Shown here piece after piece: positions 26,191 to 37,393 of a stretch of DNA of 64,000 bases. The notes under the pieces are model-generated. The model saw only the letters and a program-made list of their open reading frames with translations, did not search any database and had not been told where the DNA came from. The DNA is from Dimorphilus gyrociliatus (Eukaryota; Animalia; Annelida): positions 5,224,408 to 5,288,407 of the forward strand of contig CAJFCJ010000006.1 of NCBI GenBank assembly GCA_904063045.1, given 5' to 3'. Made by a program: the position numbers and the translations under genes. The stretch's first letter is position 1. Every line of letters starts with the position of its first letter.

Positions 26191-26935
26191 TCGACGAAAA
26201 ACTGGTAAACTTTTCGCGCGCTTTCAAAATAAAAGAAACATTTGTGTTTTATTATCAAATATATATAAAGTAATAGTCTGTAAATTCAAAATCTAATTTA
26301 CCTGTATAAATTGACCAAAGAAATACAGAGTTTTGTTGATAGTAAGAGTGTTTGCTCTAAAACTAAAATAATCAATAATGTGTGCAAGCCAACGCTTTTT
26401 TCCTTGACCTTGATATTACTTGACTCACGTGGGTTTATGCGTTGATATCCTCTTTTCTTCAATTTCTCATATCAGAGAAGGAGACACTAGGAATTTCTTA
26501 AGGATTTCAATCAAGTATTACCCCAAGGTAAGTTTATTGTTAATAGAGTAGGCTTTTATTTTCGCTTAATTGAGTAAATTAAGTAAAAATTATTATTAGC
26601 CAGCAGTGTTCAGCCAAACCTGCATCATTGCAGTGTATCTACTGTAATGTAAATCGTAGGAGACTAAAAATAGATCTTTAGGTCTATATTGCCAGCAACA
26701 GTATATAACGTTTTGGCAATTATCTGTCGTTCAGACGGAAACAGACAGGAGATCAGGTAATTCCGAAAAATGAACATTTTTTAAAAAGATATTTAGTGAT
26801 TAGGTGGTTAAAAAACGTGTTTTTAAATGAATTCTTATTTGATATTAGAGTTTTTTTTATACACCTTAAATTTGATTTTAAATCACAATTTTTATCAAAT
26901 TAAATGATAATTTCTACAGATAACAAGAAGTAAAA

Positions 26936-29143
26936 ATGATAAAGAAAGTATTAAGTGTTCTTTGGGGAGCCATCGAAGTTTTTGTCTACGGTGGTATAAC
27001 TTTCGGATGGGCCTCATTGGTTTTTGTATTAAAGAAGGAAGGATTCTACGCAAATGTCTGCGACAGTTACAATTCAACAAATGTAAATTCAACAGTAGTA
27101 GAATGTGCAGAACAAAATTCAAAAATGATTTTAATAATGACTATATTTTTGGCGGTTGGTGGAATAAGTACATTCTTTACAGGTTACTTTTACGATAAGT
27201 TTGGTCTAGCATATTCAAGATTATTAGGAGGAGCTCTTTACGTAACTTCCTTACTTTGCTTGGCTTTAATTACTGCAAAACAACAATGGATGCTATTTCC
27301 AGCAACAATTTTATTGAATAGCGCTGGTTTTTTGACATTAACAACAAACATGCCTTTAAGTAACCTAATACCAAGGGCGAGATCAACTATAATCACCTTA
27401 TATAACGGTTTCTTCGCAGGAGCCATTATGATTTTCGAATTAGTTAAAATGGCATACGAGGTATATAGTTTCTTACATAGAATAATCTCTAATACTTTCT
27501 ATCTATCTAATATATTTAAATGTAGAAAAAAAACTACTATTCCTGATCATTTAGATTTTCTACTTAATGTCTTTTTAGTTTAGAGAACAAATGAATTATT
27601 TATAGAGAATATCTCATAACAAATTATTTGATTATATATTAATGTCGTACTTCGATTACAAACCATTAATCATAGTAAAATAGCACATATGGCTAGATAG
27701 TAGATATATACCTTTTTGTTAGTTTTTCGTCTTTAATCTAAAAGAGGAGTAGATAGAGAATAAAAAAGAGACAATATACAATATTATACTAATTTAAAAA
27801 TATCAATTGATCTAGAATCTTTTCTGGTTTTTAAGTTACATAAAAAAAACACTACACTTAATTTGAAGAGTCTATTAAACATTGGAATACGAAATAAAGG
27901 TACAAAGGATGAAAAAACTTGTATAAAAAAGAAATTTTATATAAATTCTAATAGAGAGATATTTTTTCTATAAAAGAAACTATATTTAGGGTGGAATAAG
28001 TCTTCAAATTTCTCTATCTATTTTGGCACTCGGTCAATTAATATGTCTTGGATTTACTATATTCATTCTTCCGAGAAAAAATGTACCGTGGCCGTTACCT
28101 AAAAATTATGAAATTGCAACGCTTTTAAATAAATTCTGTAGAAAGGAAAAGTATGTTGTTAAAGAAGAGAAAGAAGAAAAAACATTTATTGATGATGAAC
28201 AAAATAAAATTGAAACAGTTAATAACCCACCAAAAATGACCTTCGTTCAGTGCCTTTTGACACCTCAATTTCTATTACATCTTGCGTTCATGTGCGTTAT
28301 ACAATTACGTTTGAGTTTTTACTTGGCAACGTTAAATCCATGGTTGTCGGAATTGACAGGAAATGATCCAAAGTTGATCAGCTTGTATACTAATATATTC
28401 TCCTATATACAATTAGCTAGTATTGCCTATTCACCATTTGGAGGATTGATAGTTGACAAATTTAAAGCTGATTTAAGAGTTTTGGGAATCTTATTACTGG
28501 TGGCAAATATTTTTGGATTAATAATAGCAATACCAGGAATGGTACGGTCTCTTCCTCTTCAAATTTTAGGATTTATATGCTTAATGGGATTTAGAGGATG
28601 GGCATACGCTTTCAATCCTACAGTTGTTGCTCTAATGTAAGTACCTCTATACAAAATTAGTTGTACCTTTATATACGCTAAACCTTTTATGTTATATTTA
28701 GATATCCAGGCGAACATTTTGGAAAATTATTTGGAGTTATTTTAATGGTTATATCTGTGTTTGGATTAATGCAATTTCCTTTGTTTAAACTGCTTCATGG
28801 ACCATTTAATGGAAATATGCAATATGTAATAAAACATGTTTCTAAAGATATATTTTTACCCTTATTATCATTCTAAAAATGGATTTATTTCTAATATAAT
28901 TAATATATTCCCATGCAGGTTCAGTTAATATTCATAGGACTTCATTTATTGACGATGGCTTCACCAATTTATATGATTGTCAAAGAGCATATAAAGAGAA
29001 GTAAATAATCTTTATTATCAAATATTTCTAATATTTTCATTTATACATTTATGTTTATCTAAATAGAAAACGAAACCAACAAACCAGTAACATTAAATTT
29101 ACAAGAAAATGGAGATAATGAAAAACAAACCCCTCCTCTATAG
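26936..29143 (+). CDS. SLC43-family MFS transporter (SLC43A3-like; 5 coding exons)
   Basis: IEVFVYGGITFGWASLVFVLKKEGFY, G.FYDKFGLAYSRLLG, SNLIPRARSTIITLYNGFFAG, RLSFYLATLNPWL, YSPFGGLIVD and YPGEHFGKLFG; about 12 hydrophobic segments. Confidence 0.88.
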
Positions 29144-29779
29144 ATAAATAGAGAAACGTAATATACTGTATTTAATATACAAGTATAAATAGTAATAGTA
29201 GTTATTTTATGAATATCATTATTTTAACTCTGCCATAAATTTTTCTATTTTGTGCTTGTTTGTATTTTTTATAATTGGATTGATTAGTTTTATTGTTACT
29301 ATGTGGAAAATGGTTGCTTTTTTAAGCGTAAAGAACTGAGTTCAATTGTATAGTTACTAACTTTAACACATACTAATATATATATATATATACTGTATAT
29401 TGTAAATTAGTTTTCTTTCTATTTCCTTGTGATGCGTTAATATTTATCATGAATTTATTCAATCAACTTTTTTAGTTTGTACATTATCTTCTCCATCTTA
29501 TTAGTTTATTCTATTGCTTTTGCGATTTAACAATTTCAAATAACTTTTAAACTTTTTATTTTGATTTGTTTTTCCTATAAAAGAAATCAATACAATGTAA
29601 ACAAAATTGTCTGTCTTTCTTTTCCTTTGGATAATCTATTTACACGCTTTTCTCTTTAATTCTTATACAAAAAATTCATTAGGGACTTAGCTTCAATTTA
29701 AATAGTTCACTCTCTTTTTTTCAAGTTATATGTATTTCTTTATGACGTTGCGTCTTACGATTAATATATTGTTTTGTCA

Positions 29780-32700
29780 ATGGGATATGTGTTAATAATG
29801 ATATCTTGGTTATATTTTATCACCTTATTTGATTCTTATCAGACTTATACTAATATTTTAAAGATTAAGAGCTGGGATGATGTGATAACAAAGTACTGGA
29901 GGGAAAACAGATATGATAAAACTACATATACAATAAATAATACTGTAAGGATAGCTAAAGATGCTCCATCAGCCCCAATTTTAAATGAGGAATTAAAAGA
30001 TGCCATTTACAAAGATAAGACTCTATATACAAGTTCGGAAGACGAATATTTAAGTAAACGAGGTTACTCTTGCGCATCATCCCTAATGTCAATTGCAAAT
30101 ACATCAAAATCATTTCTCAAACATTCGAGTATAGCTCATATTGCTATAACAGGTAGAGAGGTTAGTTTAATATTAATACTTATAATTTTTATTACCATTT
30201 GAAAGTTTAATGATTATATTCGTTTCGTTATGTCGTTGGCTATGAAAATAATCTAAAAGCATCAATCAATTGAATTACCTTGTCATTGGTGTACGTCAGA
30301 TGAATATATCGAATCAAAGAATACTTTACCAAGACAAGGAAAAGGAATGAATTGGTATAGAGCAAAAAGGAATAAAGCTAGAGATGATAAGCATAAATTC
30401 TATTATAAAATTGAAAAATTACAATTATCCATGAATAAATACGAACAATTGGCTGATAGAAATTTAGTTATACGTCAACTAAATAGAGAAGGTGACGCTG
30501 ACACTGGCGTCTATTTTTGTGAAAAAAGTCATATTTTTGATCAGATGAAAAAAATTAATAGAGAAAGTTCTTTAAAAGCGATAAAAGATCAAATTTGACA
30601 AAATGAATATATAAAACAAATAAATGAATTTGTCTATTAATTTTGCATGAATTCTAGAAAAAAGATAATATTAATTATATTGAAATAGACGCTCCACGTG
30701 GGTCTGAGAGTATTTTTTACTTATTGGAGTACTTAAACAACAAACTATACAATATAACAAGCTCTAGAAATACTTCACATATTTATAAGCCACCGACATT
30801 TGATGAATTTAATAAACCTATAGAAGATCCAATGAAACAACGTAAAGATATTCAAATATCGAATAAATTAATACTTATTTATCTTGATATTGAATACAAT
30901 GTCTATCAATTGCCTCCCAACGAAGATCAAAGATATTTTATGGAGAGAGTTTGCTTAGCAAATGATAAACAATGCTTATGGAAATACAAACTTAAACCAT
31001 CAATCTCTCTATTTGACGTAGGCTTGGGTAAAAATCTAAATGTTTTATTATATAATAGTTAAATACAAATTGAATTTCTTACTGATAAAATGACAGATAA
31101 TATACAAATACAAGCTAATAATGAATTTCCATTAAGTAATAGAATAGAACTATGTGAACCGTGCGATCAGAAGGATGCTTTTGAAACGTATTTGAGTTTT
31201 TGTTGGCTTAGATTTGTAAATAGAAATGGAGATTTTATCGAAGAATTAAGTATTGATATGATACAACAAATATATGATAGAGTAGAAAAATGGAAACCTA
31301 CAGATATTCTTGATAAAAGGAAACATTATCTTTTAAAAGTTTTAGCATTCTTTCCACAAGGAATTTCTTGTTATAATACAATTTTTGAGGGATACGAATG
31401 GTATCTTTTACCGAGAACTGAGGATTCCGATAACACTCATTTCGATGTTAAAATGGCAATAAAAGAATTTTCTAAAAAGCATGGAACAAATGTAAAATTA
31501 GCCCAATCAGATTTATTACCTCAATTCGAATTACTAAGAAAATCTTGCTACGTTAATTGTTCTATTGAAGAAAGAAAACGACTAAAAATATTAGAAGGAT
31601 CAACAGAGTTATTTTTTACATTTATAGATACATCTGAACTCTTTGTACCGACAAGATCTATTGTTCAAGTGAAAAGAATAACATATACAGCAACAGAGGA
31701 CGAAATGTTTAAAATGTTTTGTCCAAATCCCTCAAATTACGGTACAGTTAAATGGAAGAAAGGTTCAGAATATATAAGCAAGGAAAATCTAGAAAAACAT
31801 ATGAAAATATCATATAGCTATGCTTTACTCTTTAGTCGTCTAAAGCCGTCCGATGACGGTTTATACTTTTGTGAAAATTGCGATAGGAATTATAAAAATT
31901 GTATCTTAGCAGGATCATTACGTCTTAAAGTATGTTCTTTCTTTGAAATATTTGAATTATACCTAATTTTTCAATTACTAAATTATATTGTAGATTCATA
32001 AAAAACCGCCTACAATATTTAGTATTCGTTTTTATAGAAGTGCTTTATTAATTTCCTACATAATAGATGTAACTATTTTATGCGGGGGTTGTCTAATTAT
32101 ATGGTTTAGGCATAAACGTCAGAACATCAGTAGAAATAGATATAAAAATTTATTGGAGAAAAGTCTACCTAGACAGATAAAAAAAGTGATTAAAAAACAA
32201 GCTATGGATACCTTAGGTACAAAATTTAGGAAATCATTAAAAACTGAAAGAAGACAGAAAAGGGAAGAAGAACTTTATTCTTTGCACGAGAATACGAATG
32301 CTTCTAATTTTAATAGTAATAACGTTATAATAAACAAAGATAGTATTATCTTTAATCGTAATTCATGTGTTAATCCTGATGATTTCTTAAGATCTCCTTG
32401 CAGTATTGACGGTTATATTTAAAACTTAAAGCAATTTCTCTTTCCCTTTTTTTAATTATTTAATTGCAGGAAAAAGTTACAAAAGTTTACAATGCAGAGA
32501 ATTACAAGTGATGATAGCCACAGAAGATGTTATTCTTATTGATGTTAGGACAAAAATAGAAGTTACAAGAACAGGATTAATTCCTAAAGCTTTTATTTTA
32601 CCTGGTAGGATATTTTTTAATTGAATATTTCACATATTTCATTACGTTCTATATGACTAAAATATAGATAATGAAATTCTTCAAGCAATGTTATTGGATA

Positions 32701-33122
32701 AACAAACATTCTCTGATATTTATCAAGTGAAGAAACCGTATTTATATCAAAAAATTGTAGTCTATGGAAAGATTAATGATTCAAGAGCATTTAACTCATA
32801 TAAGAATCTAGAATATTTAGGATTTGAGTAAATTGCGTCCCGAACCATTTTCTTAAATTATTAATTATTTCTTAATCTATTCTTTAGCACTTTTCTGTAT
32901 CCTGGAGGTTGGGAAGAATGGAAATTACTTGTTGGAAAACAAGCGGCAAAGAAATTGACATATCTTAATTTATACGCCTTACAAAATAGAGAATCAGTTA
33001 TTCTTCACATAGATAACAATAGAAAAAACTTTGAAAACTCATCTGATAGCTCTGCTGATGAGGAAATTGAAGAGGAAATCAATCAATTTTCAGAAAGTGA
33101 AAACTTATTAAAGTTTAATTAG
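29780..33122 (+). CDS. FAM187-like two-Ig-domain type I membrane protein with a C-terminal rhodanese-like domain (8-exon model, 935 aa)
   Basis: Exons 29780-30160, 30260-30566, 30689-31027, 31097-31929, 31994-32411, 32470-32604, 32668-32827 and 32888-33122 join in frame through GT-AG introns. Features: signal peptide; Ig1 (IELPCHWC...MNWY...LVIR...DTGVYFC); Cys-rich linker (CEPCD...FCW, KSCYVNCS); Ig2 (MFCP...VKWKK...DDGLYFC); TM; rhodanese fold (LIDVR...GLIPKAFILP...IVVYG...YPGGWEEW). Confidence 0.7.
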
Positions 33123-33404
33123 AATTTTTGAAATTTTCAAAACTTTATATTTTTATATATAAATTCTCAGATAATTTGATATTTTTGTTGACTATTCTTA
33201 AATATTATTCTGATTTCTTTTTTAGCACTTTGATATTCATTCAAGTGATATTTATACGAAAATATACTCTATTAAAATTTATCAAAATACTCATTTATCG
33301 CTATTATCGCCCACCCATGTGTTAGATCGAATTGACTTTATTCATATTCTTCTCAAATTTACGGTGTTCTTCTCATTTAAGCAAGCAAATTAAAGTTTAT
33401 AATA

Positions 33405-34943
33405 ATGAGTGATAAGATGGATATTAATGTAATACCGGATAAAAAGCTCACAACTAAGTATGTGTCATCTTTGAGCAAAATCTATTGGAAGGATGAAGAA
33501 AGTTTCAAAAAAACTATCGCTGCTCTGAATTCTTATGGTGTCTGTCCTCGTTGTTGTCTTAGGTTTTTGGCTATAGACAATCAATCAATCTATAGGTCGA
33601 GTTTTCAGTGGATGGCTGATTTTTTAAAGGAAAGAGAAGAAACAATGTGTTCCAATATATGTTGTGCTTGTTTAGGCGTTCTACAAGAGAAATATTGCAG
33701 AGAAGAGTTTCGCAAAGAAATCATTAAAACACTTATGGAGGCTAAGTATGAATATGATTCATTTTTTGTTGCTATAACTCTTCCTGTATCGACGATGATG
33801 CGAGAGCATTCAATCTGGTTGAAATTAGCAGAACAAGATAAAACTGCCTTTAATGATTATAGACGAAGAGATTTAGCTTCTCTAAAAGATTGCTGGAAAT
33901 GGGTAAATGGTGACGATCTCGGAGAATCTCTGGGAAGGAAGAGTGAATACTCAACAGAATCAGCCTGTTTTGAAATATCATTGAATTTTTCACATAAAAC
34001 TCAATTCAGAGAATGTTATCCCCTGGATGATTACTTTGAAGAATTTCGTAAAAGAAAGAGTGATGACATAGTTTACACTAGGAGTTCAGTACAAAGAGCT
34101 TTAGTAAAATTGTCAGACGACAGATTTCGAAAACTCTACTCGTCTCCTCCAACGATTCCTAAAGATGAATGTACAGTAGAAATTCAATTTAAGCAAGATT
34201 CTATTTTTGTAGCAGGAAGATACAACAAATACAGCAGAAAACTATCGCAAACTCCTTGGGTGCTAGATTCGGGCGAACGCCGGACTAACAGCTCTGTTCA
34301 AGAAATGCTTTGCGATTCTATTAAATCTCACTTTAAGGCAGATAGTTTTGTGTTTACCTCCTCTGGAAGAGAAGATGTAGATGTTAAAATGTTAGGCGAA
34401 GGTAGACCTTTCATCGTGGAACTTATAAATCCACATGTAACCACCATCTCAAAAAGTGAGCTTAAAGATATTACCAAGAAAATTAACACTCAAAAAGATA
34501 TTGGTGTAAGAGACTTACAACTTGCTCTAAGAAGTGACACTATGAAGTTAAAAGAGGGTGAAGAACAGAAGAAGAAATCTTATTCAGCATTTTGCTGGAG
34601 CAAAGAACCTATTACGCAAGAAGAATTGGATAGCAAGTTAAGTAACATTAAAGATCTCAAAGTCAATCAAAGGACACCTATCCGAGTTTTACATAGGAGA
34701 ACTAACTCTTACAGAACTAAGATGATTTATAGTCTAGAAGCCAAGTCAATTAACGAGAAGCATTTTATCCTATATTTGACGACGCAAGCAGGAACATATA
34801 TTAAAGAATTTGTTCATTCCGATTTTGGTAGAACAACACCTAGTCTAGGAAGTATTTTAGGTGTAGAATGCGATATTCTTGAACTAAATGTAACTGCAGT
34901 AGATTTGGATTGGCCAGAGCGCCTGGGAGATGAAGAAAAGTGA
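33405..34943 (+). CDS. PUS10: tRNA pseudouridine synthase Pus10 (intronless)
   Basis: CPRCCLRFL, VAGRYNKYSRKLSQTPW, catalytic SSGREDVDVKMLG, QRTPIRVLHRR and TQAGTYIKEFVHSDFGRT. Confidence 0.96.
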   Translation: MSDKMDINVIPDKKLTTKYVSSLSKIYWKDEESFKKTIAALNSYGVCPRCCLRFLAIDNQSIYRSSFQWMADFLKEREETMCSNICCACLGVLQEKYCREEFRKEIIKTLMEAKYEYDSFFVAITLPVSTMMREHSIWLKLAEQDKTAFNDYRRRDLASLKDCWKWVNGDDLGESLGRKSEYSTESACFEISLNFSHKTQFRECYPLDDYFEEFRKRKSDDIVYTRSSVQRALVKLSDDRFRKLYSSPPTIPKDECTVEIQFKQDSIFVAGRYNKYSRKLSQTPWVLDSGERRTNSSVQEMLCDSIKSHFKADSFVFTSSGREDVDVKMLGEGRPFIVELINPHVTTISKSELKDITKKINTQKDIGVRDLQLALRSDTMKLKEGEEQKKKSYSAFCWSKEPITQEELDSKLSNIKDLKVNQRTPIRVLHRRTNSYRTKMIYSLEAKSINEKHFILYLTTQAGTYIKEFVHSDFGRTTPSLGSILGVECDILELNVTAVDLDWPERLGDEEK

Positions 34944-35263
34944 ACTCTTTTAAATAATTTCTTTACTGTTTATTGTTATCAAGATGTAAATTTTTTTCAC
35001 CAATAATAAATAAATGTTTGTTAATTTTTCAATACAGATTAATAAATAACAAAAAAACTTGATTAAATCAATTTAAGTGTGAAATTAATACAATTTTAAA
35101 ATAGAAAATACTACTTTGGAAACGTTCCTTATATGAATTTTTTCTATCCAATAAGCTCTCGAGTTTCACAAATCCTTTTGCCATACTGGGTCTAGTGATA
35201 ACCTGGGAATGTTATAAAATTAGCATATTATCGGTCATTTAAATTTCTGTTTAGAATAGAAAT

Positions 35264-36464
35264 ATGCAGTCAATTGGGCAAAAGTCGATTAAACCGTTTA
35301 GTAATGATTACAAGCTGAAAGTTGGAGAAGTATATAACTTTAAGTAATTGATGTATTATTGGAGATTTATTATGGTTTAAAATTTTTTTTAGCCGTTCAT
35401 CGTCAGGTCAATACGAGAATTAAACCAGCAGATCGTGTGTTCTTTATGTGCCGGATACTTTATAGATGCAACAACAATAACAGAATGTCTGCATACCTGT
35501 ATGTAGAAATAATATTGAATGTTTTTACTAATGATTAATGTTCTACAACTTATATTTCAAACAGTTTGCAAAAGTTGTATTGTGAAGTATCTTCAAACAA
35601 TGAAAGCATGTCCTGTATGTTATACAAAAATTCACGAAACAAACCCACTACTCAACCTCAAAAAAGATCAAGTAATGCAAGATATTGTTTATAAATTGAT
35701 TGATGGATTATATGAACGTAAGAATGTTCAAATGTTCTTTTCTATGTTAATAATGACTAACTTTTGCGCTGACTGTAGGTGAACAAGATAGAGTTGCTAA
35801 GTTTTTTGCATCCCGTGGTATGACGCAAGGAGATGAGCAAGGTAGAAATTTATTTATATATAATATATATATCTTTAAGCAAAAGCGCTTTTTGCACTAA
35901 CACATTCCTGTATTTTCTCTAGAGAGGCAACGAAGTCACGCAATTGCTGCTGCATATGAAAATCCAAATGCTCATGCATTCGAAAACGGAACTGTTATTT
36001 GTTTCACGTTAGAATGTGTAACGTGCGTATTTCTTTTTTATTAATACCTAACTAAGCGTTACTTAAATAATCGGTTTAAACAAATGCAGACAAGAATCTA
36101 TTCAGGGATATCAACCAAGAGACTTAGAGAAAAAATATGGAAGAGTTTCTGCCCGAGCTACAATGATGAATTTCCAATCAATGATTAGAAAAAAATTAGA
36201 TGTCCCTGAAACTTTAAAGGTAAAGGCTTTAGAGTCAAAAAAAGATTTATAGTCATACTCAGTATTGTTGAACAGATCGATTTATATTGTGACGGCCATT
36301 TACTAAGCGACTCAATGACTTTAAGGAAGGCAACACTCATATATTGGCATCCTAAAGTAAATATAAATTAGAGTATCACTGTCTAATGAAATTTACAATA
36401 TTTATAACATTTTCAGCCGTCTCCAGTGGCTATGCAGTTCTCAGTGTCGCCAAAGTCCAGTTAG
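35264..36464 (+). CDS. PCGF1: Polycomb group RING finger protein, PCGF1-like (multi-exon)
   Basis: RING domain [30 protein letters not shown]...[26 protein letters not shown], plus a C-terminal RAWUL-like region ending [10 protein letters not shown]. Confidence 0.88.
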
Positions 36465-36720
36465 CTAAGAAGATTTGAAGGAAATTCATAAAGTTATTTG
36501 TTTTTCTACACATTTTGTAAATTTACTGTATACAGTATCGCTAAATTTATAACATGGTTCTTCTACATATATATATATATATATATTATATGTATATTTA
36601 AGTATGTTGCATTTAATATCTGATGAATCAGTAAAGTGTAAAAAGATGTTTTTAACGACTGAAATGTTTGAAAAAATTAATTACTGTGTTGTATATAAAG
36701 TAAACATAATTTCTAATAAA

Positions 36721-37041
36721 TTAAGAGCACTTCCATAATACAATAGCAACGTTCCCGCCAAAAAACATGTAAAGTATGTTCTTAACTTCGTGCGTTACTT
36801 CGTATCCAAAGCCTTCACCAACAACAACGTGCCAAGAAGGTCCGAATTTTTTGTCCATGGTATCTTTAATCATCTTCGCCGCTGTTTCGTTATTACTTGA
36901 GAACTTTTCGCAGGCTGTTACACACAGTTCCATGGCCTCTACACGTATTTCCTCTGGCATATCTGAATGCCTAATTAAGGGGTAGGTATGAACAATCTTC
37001 TTTCCTTCATCCTTTTTTTGGTCACCCTCGGTCTCAGCCAT
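36721..37041 (-). CDS. DNAL4: Axonemal dynein light chain 4 (intronless)
   Basis: YPLIRHSDMPEEIRVEAMELCVTACEKF...MDKKFGPSWHVVVGEGFG...YMFFGG...LWKCS. Confidence 0.96.
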   Translation of the reverse strand: MAETEGDQKKDEGKKIVHTYPLIRHSDMPEEIRVEAMELCVTACEKFSSNNETAAKMIKDTMDKKFGPSWHVVVGEGFGYEVTHEVKNILYMFFGGNVAIVLWKCS

Positions 37042-37077
37042 TTCGATAGTGTTTGTATTGTTTATTTTTGACTTGGC

Positions 37078-37297
37078 GTTGCCATGAAAAGTTTATTTCC
37101 GGTCGGACCGCAGAATAATATTTCTTTGTTTGAAAAAAAGTTTTTTTCTGGCTGTGTAAAAATTAAAAGAACTACTATTTATTAATAAAAAATTATTTTC
37201 CTTAGATCAGATTTTTTACCTGTATTTTATTAAATTAAGTTGAGTCAAAAGAATTGAACTAACCGTCGTTGACAGGATATCGATAGAGACCGGAAAT
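37078..37297. promoter_or_regulatory. Bidirectional DNAL4/POC5 promoter with X-box-like, ETS-like and DRE motifs
   Basis: GTTGCCATGAAAAG (37078-37091, near-consensus RFX X-box), inverted ACCGGAAA sites (37096-37103 and 37289-37296) and TATCGATA (37278-37285), all inside the 352-bp gap between the two ATGs. Confidence 0.5.
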
Positions 37298-37393
37298 GCC
37301 TCTCATTGGCGACTTGTTTTGACTTGCTAATGCCGCTTTATATGTTATTATAGCTCAATCCAACAGATTTTAGCTTTGCTAATTTTACCTGAA

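Noticed and set aside
27462-27989. Unusually long SLC43 intron as a possible snoRNA or transposon host
   Set aside because: No C/D or H/ACA box pair with a terminal stem, and no terminal inverted repeats or target-site duplication were visible.
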